DNA of 60,304 bases, the filler included, from Bacteriovoracaceae bacterium (GTDB lineage Bacteria > Bdellovibrionota > Bacteriovoracia > Bacteriovoracales > Bacteriovoracaceae): the NCBI GenBank assembly GCA_018649885.1. It is 5 parts of 5 records of this genome, joined end to end, with 100 filler letters (N's around TTAATTAATTAA, not from the genome) between each part and the next. Parts side by side here need not be neighbours in the genome. Positions count along the whole stretch, not along the records: positions 40,541 to 55,617 come from JABIHA010000139.1; positions 55,718 to 60,304 come from JABIHA010000111.1; 3 more parts are not named here. One strand, 5' to 3'. The position numbers and the translations under genes were made by a program. Under the pieces are notes generated by a model. It ran no database searches, was not told where the DNA came from, and worked only from the letters and a program-made list of their open reading frames with translations. Every line of letters begins with the position of its first letter. Within the stretch, counting starts at the first letter, position 1. Of this stretch, positions 53,804 to 60,304 are shown in pieces.

Positions 53804-54573
53804 AGATATTTGAATTCCGCATAAATATGAACAGATGCCCCTTCTGGTTGGTGATGGGGTAGATTTTTTGGCCTTGAAAGGGTGGTGCTGGTAATCCCTT
53901 TTTGGATTAATTTTTTCTTCAGTTTTTCAGCACCTTTTTCTCCGACCACCACATCATTTTGTCCTGTAATGAGGTGCACTCTTTCGGCCTGAACCTGTAT
54001 TTTTTCTTTCTGATCGTGAATCCAATCAAAGAGATTTGAGGCCTTCAAGCAAGGAGAGACTAACTGCTCTCTGACTTCGAGAGTTTTTTTGTAGAAGCGA
54101 CTCTGAAAAATATGGTTGCCGTCAGTGGATGAAATGCCAAATCCAACACCTAAGAGTATTTTGGGAAGATTAGAAAAGCATTCAAGGGTTGACGAGCGGA
54201 AGGCAGTTAGAGCGCCTAATGAGTGTCCGCCTAGTATTAGTTTGCCACTGGGCCCAAGTTTGTAACCATGTGTGAGAAGCTTAGAGTAGGCCACCTCAAA
54301 GAGCCTAGGGCTATCATTAACAAAATCATCGAAGCTCTCAACTTCGTAGTAATTTCCTAAGTAGTGGCCAGGTAGATCAAAGACTATGGAGGGGATGCCT
54401 TCCTCAGCGAGTCTCACGCCCCACGGCAACACATCGCGCTTGCTAGCGGTATAGCCATGAGTAAAAATGGCGAGATGCCCAGGGCTTGCACCTTCATTGT
54501 CAGGGTGGATGAGCATTGCAAAGGTTTTAAGCTTTCCAAATTGGAACTCGAGCTTCTCAATTCTGATACTCAT
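53797..54573 (-). CDS. Alpha/beta hydrolase
   Basis: HGYT, DLPGH, GHSLG, ND and H motifs; start refined to ATG 54573 because the longer ORF would overlap the tRNA. Confidence 0.85.
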   Translation of the reverse strand: MSIRIEKLEFQFGKLKTFAMLIHPDNEGASPGHLAIFTHGYTASKRDVLPWGVRLAEEGIPSIVFDLPGHYLGNYYEVESFDDFVNDSPRLFEVAYSKLLTHGYKLGPSGKLILGGHSLGALTAFRSSTLECFSNLPKILLGVGFGISSTDGNHIFQSRFYKKTLEVREQLVSPCLKASNLFDWIHDQKEKIQVQAERVHLITGQNDVVVGEKGAEKLKKKLIQKGITSTTLSRPKNLPHHQPEGASVHIYAEFKYLY

Positions 54574-54653
54574 GACGCGTGGCCTCGTGGCTGGTTGGGA
54601 AATGTTAACAACAATATATGAGCTTTCAGATGAAAAAAAAAGTTTTAAAGCTA

Positions 54654-54682
54654 TTGACTGGCCAACTTCCTGACTGTAATTT
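54654..54682 (+). promoter_or_regulatory. Sigma70-type promoter for tRNA-Phe
   Basis: TTGACT-N17-TAATTT. Confidence 0.45.
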
Positions 54683-54710
54683 CTTTTACGCTTTAAATAT
54701 TTAAAGTTAT

Positions 54711-54786
54711 GCCCTCTTAGCTCAGTTGGTAGAGCAAGGGACTGAAAATCCCTGTGTCCGTGGTTCAAATCCGCGAGGGGGCACCA
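54711..54786 (+). tRNA. tRNA-Phe(GAA)
   Basis: 76 nt cloverleaf: D-arm TAGCTCAGTTGGTAGAGC, anticodon loop CTGAAAA, T-loop GGTTCAAATCC, encoded CCA. Confidence 0.97.
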
Positions 54787-54829
54787 AACAAAAAAAGCCA
54801 GACCGAAAGGTCTGGCTTTTTTTGTTTGG
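54784..54829 (+). terminator. Intrinsic terminator after tRNA-Phe
   Basis: GCCAGACC-GAAA-GGTCTGGC plus T7, part of a 21-bp perfect inverted repeat. Confidence 0.85.
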
Positions 54830-54904
54830 ACGCCCCTGAGGCACGAAGGAGCCGACCGAATAGGGAGGGTCCGTAGCCGAAGGAGACCCCCGAGCAGGAT
54901 GCGT

Positions 54905-54954
54905 TAGAATTGCAATGATTACCCGAAGGCAAAGCCTTCGTCCAACAAGCACCC
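54905..54954 (+). repeat. 50-bp hairpin-containing direct repeat, copy 1
   Basis: 44/50 identical to 55358-55407; ACCCCCGAGC lies upstream of both copies. Confidence 0.85.
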
Positions 54955-55035
54955 AACTTTTTCAGCTCTTTAAATCTGACTTGAGTCATAGAAACGACAA
55001 GAGAAAACACTTACCTTAAACCAAAAGGAGTAAAC

Positions 55036-55278
55036 ATGGATATCTCAACAATAACAACCTTCTTCAAGTTTCTAACAATCGTAGTAGGTTTGATCTATGT
55101 CTTTTCGGCACTCATGATTTTTTTCTGTCAAAATTTTATGATTTCCATTCAAAAGAAATTCATTGATTTTGACGATGAAACGATCAAAAAGTTTCTTTAC
55201 GGTTATGTAGCATTATTTAAAATTATATTTATAGTGTTCGTTGTAGGTCCTTACTTGGCATTGTTAATGATGTCCTAA
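55036..55278 (+). CDS. Small two-TM membrane protein (DUF6868-like)
   Basis: AAGGAG RBS; C-terminal FKI.FIVF..GPYLAL pattern. Confidence 0.75.
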   Translation: MDISTITTFFKFLTIVVGLIYVFSALMIFFCQNFMISIQKKFIDFDDETIKKFLYGYVALFKIIFIVFVVGPYLALLMMS

Positions 55279-55357
55279 TAAGGCATTGCACAAAGAATCG
55301 TAGTTCGATAATCGGGCACATGAAACCCCCGAGCCAAGCCAGCCGCACAGAACACGG

Positions 55358-55407
55358 TAGAATTGCAATGAATCCCCGAAGGTAAGGCCTTCGCCCACCA
55401 AGCACCC
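55358..55407 (+). repeat. 50-bp hairpin-containing direct repeat, copy 2
   Basis: 44/50 identical to 54905-54954. Confidence 0.85.
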
Positions 55408-55486
55408 TCTTTGCACAGGAACCCACCACCTCCAGCAACAACCAGTTTTCTAACCCACCACAATAGGCTATATATGATATTGGTTA

Positions 55487-55588
55487 GCGTTCATTCAACT
55501 TGCCACAAACAGACATCCCTTTCGTGAGTTAAATTCGATTAAATTTATATGATTATATTTAGACCAAGGTGGCCAGTTGAATAAACGC
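55487..55588. repeat. 102-bp element bounded by 20-bp imperfect inverted repeats (MITE-like candidate)
   Basis: GCGTTCATTCAACTTGCCAC versus GTGGCCAGTTGAATAAACGC, 18/20 complementary. Confidence 0.6.
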
Positions 55589-55617
55589 GCAGTGGACTAA
55601 AACCGTGGGCAATGAGC

Positions 55618-55717
55618 NNNNNNNNNNNNNNNNNNNNNNNNNNNNNNNNNNNNNNNNNNNNTTAATTAATTAANNNNNNNNNNNNNNNNNNNNNNNNNNN
55701 NNNNNNNNNNNNNNNNN
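55618..55717. other. Artificial contig linker
   Basis: N44-TTAATTAATTAA-N44. Confidence 0.97.
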
Positions 55718-55888
55718 AATTGCTTATCTGGTTGATTCTCAGCTATCGAGTTGCGCAAAAATATGGCTCGGTAATTGCGAATTGCTTATCTGGTTGATTC
55801 TCAGCTATCGAGTTGCGTAAAAAAATGGCCCGGTAATTGTGAATTGTTTATCTGGTTCACTCTCGGCAATTGAGCTGCGCAAAAAAAC
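55718..55888. repeat. 62-bp tandem repeat, about 2.7 copies, cut by contig start
   Basis: Units start at 55718, 55780 and 55842 (AATTGCTTATCTGGTTGATTCTCAGCTATCGAGTTGCG...). Confidence 0.9.
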
Positions 55889-55944
55889 TATTATAGAATT
55901 AAAAAATCTTTTTATCAGATAAATAAATTTGATCTCGATTCTAT

Positions 55945-56337
55945 TTATAGGGGCCCACCAAAGGCCAGCACATGGCCATCTGGGTCTATGGAATAGGCAA
56001 CTTTCTCACCCCAATTTCTTGGCTCAAGAGGGCTTAGCTCTATTGCTCCTGCCTCTAGTGCTCTTTGGTGTAGTTCGGCTGGATTATTTACGCTTAGGTA
56101 GAGTTCTACACGTGAAAGGCCATTGGACTTACAGGGATCGGGAAGTTTGTCTCCCAAAATTTTTTTTATACCAGTTTCAGGCATTAGCCCCAGTGAGAGT
56201 GCATCTGAAATTTTAAAAGCGCTCATTCCTGGCACGTCGAGTTCGGGATCTTCTAAAAAAATCTTTTGATAAAAATCGCGACTCTTTTTTTGGTCTTTCA
56301 CATAGAAAATCATCATGGTGGTATTTAGATCTATCAC
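55945..56337 (-). CDS. VOC/glyoxalase-family protein
   Basis: YVKD...SRDFY, RNWG...Y..DPDGH. Confidence 0.88.
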   Translation of the reverse strand: MIDLNTTMMIFYVKDQKKSRDFYQKIFLEDPELDVPGMSAFKISDALSLGLMPETGIKKILGDKLPDPCKSNGLSRVELYLSVNNPAELHQRALEAGAIELSPLEPRNWGEKVAYSIDPDGHVLAFGGPL

Positions 56338-56467
56338 TTGCGCTCCAAGGTATCTTTTCTCGGATAATAGAACCGGGTAAGCACAATTTCAAAGACTATT
56401 TTCTTACATTTGCACAGAATATTCGGGCGGGCCCACAAAGTTTATGACCCGCTCGAACCTGAAACTT

Positions 56468-58519
56468 CTATTTGTTTGATTTTTGTTTGATTTCTCTTGC
56501 AAGGCCCGCGAGTTCGAGAAATTCTATGCGGTGGCCAAAATTATCAGCACCTTTTGCAGATTTGCCAATGTCTATGACTTCTTTAAGAGTCATATCTCCA
56601 ATATGTGGATTGTCTCTAAGGATCATTGCGTAAGAGGCCACAGCAGTAGCAAATCTAAAGTCATCTGAGGCCTTTTCAAATTTAGTGTCACTATCTTTAA
56701 GGGCAACACTTAAAAGCTTACTTTTTGATCCAGTAGGCTCTTTGTAACGGACTTTAAGTGTAAGGAGCTCATCAGTAAAAGAACTTTCAACTTTTTTAGA
56801 AGTCTTTTGGTACTTGAGCTTATCGACTGAAGGCAAATCCATTTTTACATTAGTAGGGACAATTTCATAAAAGGCGGTAACAGTGTGACCAGCTCCAATT
56901 TCTCCCGCATCTTTTGTATCGTCATTAAAATCCCTGTCTTCAAGTTTGCGATTGGCATACCCAACAAGTCTATAGGCCTGAACTTTTGTGGGGTTGAATT
57001 CCACTTGGATTTTTACATCTTTGGCAATTGTTATAAGTGTGCCATTAAGGCCATCACCCAAAACTTTCTTTGCCTCATTAAGAGTATCTAAATAGGCATA
57101 GTTTCCATTTCCTTTGTCAGCCAGCTCTTCTAGTGTGGAGTCTTTGTAATTCCCCATTCCAAGACCTAGTACGCTTAAAAAGATATTCGATTTGGCCTTA
57201 TCTTGAATCAACCTTACAAGAGAGCCACGGCTTGTAGTTCCTACGTTAAAATCTCCATCTGTGGCCAAAATAACTCTGTTAATTCCACCTTCTACAAAGT
57301 TTTCGCGAGCGGTTTTATAGGCGAGCTCAATTCCTGCTCCTCCATTGGTGGAACCACCTGCCTTCAAGTTGTTTAAGGCCTTGATGATTTCTAGTTTGTT
57401 TGAGGCCTTAGTGGGAGGAAGAACAAGACCTGAAGCTCCGGCATAGACAACAATGGAAATAGTGTCTTTTTCACCGAGTTTTCTTATCATTGATTTAATG
57501 GCTTCAGTCAGAAGTGGTAATTTTTTGTGGCCACTCATGGAACCCGATACATCTAATAGAAAAACAATATTTGATGAAGGACGTGTAGCACTATCAAATA
57601 TTTTTCCTTTGAGTCCCACTCTTACTAATTTGTACCCACGATGCCATGGAGAGCTTGCTACTTCTAGATTTGTGGAAAAAGGTCTATCTGTAGGTGGTGC
57701 TTTATAGTTGTAGGAAAAGTAATTGATGAATTCCTCAACTCTCACTGAATCTTTGATGGGAAGAGTTCCATTTCCGATAAAGCGTCTCATATTGGAGTAG
57801 GAAGCTGTATCCACATCAATAGAAAAAGTAGAAAGAGGGGAGTCGAGCACTTTGATAAAGTCATTGTTTTTAACAAAATCATAACTTTCAGTATTAAATT
57901 CTGTGGGAGGTGTGCTGGGGATAAATCGCGCAGATGGCATCACTTCCTCTTGGGCCAATATCATTGGTTTTTGTTGAAAATTCCTTTTCATTGCCATTTT
58001 CATCTTAGCTTTTGATCTATGAGGGGCAATTCTTCCAGAGGCCACTTTACTCGTGCTCTCCTTTTTTAATGCCATATCATAGTTAGCTGAGGGGGAGTTT
58101 GCCTGTCTCTTTCTATAAGCTGGCGCAGAACCTTTTTGGTCTTGTTTGCCAAAAACTCCATCTGTTAAATTATCAAGCCTAGTTGTTGGAGTTTCCATAT
58201 TCTTTAAATTAATAAGAATAAATGAAACGGCAAAGGCAACTGGGAGGCCAAACTTAATCATGGGAAGCTTAAACCATTTTCGTAGGCTGAATTTTTTCTC
58301 TCCCTCTTTTTGAAGCAGATCAGATATATTTGAATCTATTTCGGGGGTTTTTTCTTGTGAGAGACCCTCACTGAAAAATAGTGCTGTTTTTTTAATCTCT
58401 TCAACTTCTTTTTGTAGCTTCTCACTTTTGTTGACTTGCATTTCAATCTCCTTAGCTTCAGGACCTGATAGTTCTCCGAGGGCAAAGGCGGTAAGCTTTG
58501 GATCGTTTAAAAGACTCAT
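56468..58519 (-). CDS. YfbK-like VWA-domain protein with N-terminal anti-sigma-like segment
   Basis: LTAFALGEL N-terminus plus TM helix; STFSIDVDTASY, MIDAS DVSGS, GGSTNGG, TDGDFNVG, DAGEIGAGH. Confidence 0.9.
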   Translation of the reverse strand: MSLLNDPKLTAFALGELSGPEAKEIEMQVNKSEKLQKEVEEIKKTALFFSEGLSQEKTPEIDSNISDLLQKEGEKKFSLRKWFKLPMIKFGLPVAFAVSFILINLKNMETPTTRLDNLTDGVFGKQDQKGSAPAYRKRQANSPSANYDMALKKESTSKVASGRIAPHRSKAKMKMAMKRNFQQKPMILAQEEVMPSARFIPSTPPTEFNTESYDFVKNNDFIKVLDSPLSTFSIDVDTASYSNMRRFIGNGTLPIKDSVRVEEFINYFSYNYKAPPTDRPFSTNLEVASSPWHRGYKLVRVGLKGKIFDSATRPSSNIVFLLDVSGSMSGHKKLPLLTEAIKSMIRKLGEKDTISIVVYAGASGLVLPPTKASNKLEIIKALNNLKAGGSTNGGAGIELAYKTARENFVEGGINRVILATDGDFNVGTTSRGSLVRLIQDKAKSNIFLSVLGLGMGNYKDSTLEELADKGNGNYAYLDTLNEAKKVLGDGLNGTLITIAKDVKIQVEFNPTKVQAYRLVGYANRKLEDRDFNDDTKDAGEIGAGHTVTAFYEIVPTNVKMDLPSVDKLKYQKTSKKVESSFTDELLTLKVRYKEPTGSKSKLLSVALKDSDTKFEKASDDFRFATAVASYAMILRDNPHIGDMTLKEVIDIGKSAKGADNFGHRIEFLELAGLAREIKQKSNK

Positions 58520-59031
58520 AAGTTTTCCTCCTCGTTTTGACCCTGGAGTGCGCCTCTAAGAGTGCTGATCCCACGGTGGATAAGAAATCCAACATTTGAA
58601 ATGGAGTGTCCTGTAATTTTTGAAATTTCTTTATAGCTAAAGCCTTCTTGAAATTTCAAAAGAATTACCTCTTGCTGTGAGGCCGGAAGAGACTTAATCA
58701 TCCTGAAGATCTCATTAATCTCAGTGGTTTTATCATCCAAGATAAGAGCACTGGGAGTTTGAATATCCTCAAGTGAGTCCACATTTCCAACCTTTCGCAA
58801 ATGATCCATACAACTGTTGCGACATACTGTGTAGAGCCACTGGACAGCATAGCTTTTGATCATTCTTAGATCATCACGCTTAATAAGCTTGAGCCAAGTT
58901 TGTTGAACAATCTCTTTTGATTGCTCCAAATTTCCAGTGAGTTTAAAACAGTAACGAACAAGTAGCGCCTCTTGAGAGTCAAGAAGTTCCAATATCCAGT
59001 TTCTGTCATACTCACTAAGCTCATCTGTCAT
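58516..59031 (-). CDS. ECF RNA polymerase sigma factor
   Basis: Region 2 (EIVQQTW, WLYTVCRN) and region 4 (LP..QQEVILL, SYKEIS); ATGA overlap with the VWA gene. Confidence 0.92.
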   Translation of the reverse strand: MTDELSEYDRNWILELLDSQEALLVRYCFKLTGNLEQSKEIVQQTWLKLIKRDDLRMIKSYAVQWLYTVCRNSCMDHLRKVGNVDSLEDIQTPSALILDDKTTEINEIFRMIKSLPASQQEVILLKFQEGFSYKEISKITGHSISNVGFLIHRGISTLRGALQGQNEEENL

Positions 59032-59168
59032 TCAAGCTCCATTTATAGACACAACGTATGAGTCAGGATTTTCTTAGAAAGAAAATGCAAGAAAGTCTAT
59101 GTTATGAATGAAAACGTAGACTTACAAGTGAGAATTTTTGTGAATAAGCAGTCTTTTATAGGGTGATT

Positions 59169-60178
59169 TTATTGAGGGTCCGACTTAATGGTGAGATAGC
59201 AAAATCTCTTGGTCTCAGAGGTCGGTATCTCTAACCGACAAGTTGCAGTGGCCCTTCCACCACAATAAACGGAATCTAATTCAGCTCCATGTTTTGTGAG
59301 AACAAATTGGCACGAGACATAGGGTGGGTTACTACCTGCATGGTCAGTTTTTGTTTTGGTAAAATCAAAACCTGGGTCACCATCACATTTATCGTGCATG
59401 TCCATTTTGCTACAATCAGAGTCTACAAGAGTTGATCCCGTAGGACATTTGGCACTAATTGTTTTATTGATATTTTCAATTTTAAACAACATTGTAGTGT
59501 TGTAGACTTTAAAATCGACGTTTGTAGAGCTTTTGACCACATTGAGAGTTTTGCACTCGTATCTCAGTAGGTGGATGTTACTTTCCATGTCTTTAAATTT
59601 GTAGCTACCAAAATTGGTGGTTGTCCCGCCACTACCATCATTATCAATTAAGAGATCGCTTTGAAGATTGTCGAGATAAATAGGGACTGTGAATCCATCG
59701 AGAATGGAGCTATTTAATTCCACACCTGTTAAATCGGTGCATATTCCATCCTTGTAACCAGCACGATCTCCAAATAGATCTTTACATGTCTCATCAAGGT
59801 CAGCTCCTGAGGCGCTACAGCTTACAATGATTCCTCTATCACCATCTACAGTCATACTAAAAGTCATTGGCACATCAATATTTCTTTGGACTGTTTGTTT
59901 TCCAATTGTGCTTTCGGTGTAAATCTTTAATTTGCCAATGGCCGTTACGCCACCAACTTCATAGTCTTCAACATGCAAGGAATATGACTTCATTGTGAGA
60001 TCACCATACTTTTCACCAGCATTTATTGTTTTTTGTCCTATTTTAATAGAGGTCACTGCAATCTCTTCAGGCTGATCTACTTCAGGGTTTACGGCTCCCA
60101 CACTTTGACCAACTATCTCCGAAAGAGATTCTGTACAACTGGTAGGGCTGGCAAGGACCCCCAAAAGGGTGTTGGCAG
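59169..60178 (-). pseudogene. Cys-rich exported/pilin-like hypothetical protein, 5' part separated by an IS insertion
   Basis: 331-aa frame with no RBS or signal sequence; it is open up to the IS4-like end, where a TAA closes it. Confidence 0.5.
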
Positions 60179-60304
60179 GAATGCTGCTAACTTAAGAAAA
60201 TAGTTGAATGATTTCATAAAACTACGGCCATGCGTAATGGCCGTAGTTAATTCTTTTGATATGATTTTTATCGCCAAACAAAAATCCATCCAAAAGGAAT
60301 ATTA
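60179..60304 (+). mobile_element. Probable IS4-family left end
   Basis: GAATGCTGCTAACTTAAG resembles the E. coli IS4 terminus TAATGCCGATCAGTTAAG; followed by hairpin AACTACGGCCAT/ATGGCCGTAGTT and an AAAGGA RBS at the window edge. Confidence 0.55.

Noticed and set aside
54574..55010. N-terminal extension of the hydrolase and ORFs 54722-54952 and 54765-55010
   Set aside because: Antisense to tRNA-Phe, its terminator and the repeat
55448..55489. TTCTAAC...GTTAGCG as an integron attC site
   Set aside because: About 42 bp, shorter than known attC sites; no L boxes or integrase
54711..55617. Prophage or integrative element at tRNA-Phe
   Set aside because: No integrase and no duplicated tRNA 3' end found in the window
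55718..55888. 62-bp array as CRISPR
   Set aside because: No unique spacers (whole units repeat) and no cas genes

Overview
AT-rich bacterial DNA. The gene content (giant Ig-repeat lipoprotein, GQVLKW-repeat fibre, many orphan secreted proteins, C-terminal HNH protein) suggests a Bdellovibrionota/Bacteriovoracia-like organism; this is inference only. The window is five contigs joined by artificial 100-nt linkers (N44-TTAATTAATTAA-N44 at 24810-24909, 33847-33946, 40441-40540, 55618-55717), so adjacency across linkers is not evidence. Contig 1: a >3000-aa minus-strand Ig-like repeat lipoprotein missing from the ORF track, topA, fadH, an M48-ankyrin fusion, a secreted CX5R phosphatase and an IS481 left end. 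Contig 2: HNH, two B12 radical SAM genes, an octaheme cytochrome, a histidine kinase and a truncated fibre adhesin. Contig 3: a complete single-ORF IS66, a sigma54 promoter, a secreted kinase-like protein and a GFA/GNAT deletion scar. Contig 4: mepA, a heterodimeric ABC exporter, a DsbA-like lipoprotein, pyruvate kinase fused to a ferredoxin domain next to queG, tRNA-Phe and a repeat-bounded small gene. Contig 5: a 62-bp tandem repeat, an ECF sigma/VWA pair and a gene interrupted by an IS4-like end. Best candidates for novelty: the pyk-ferredoxin/queG pair, the giant lipoprotein, the secreted kinase-like protein and the repeat-bounded cassette behind tRNA-Phe.
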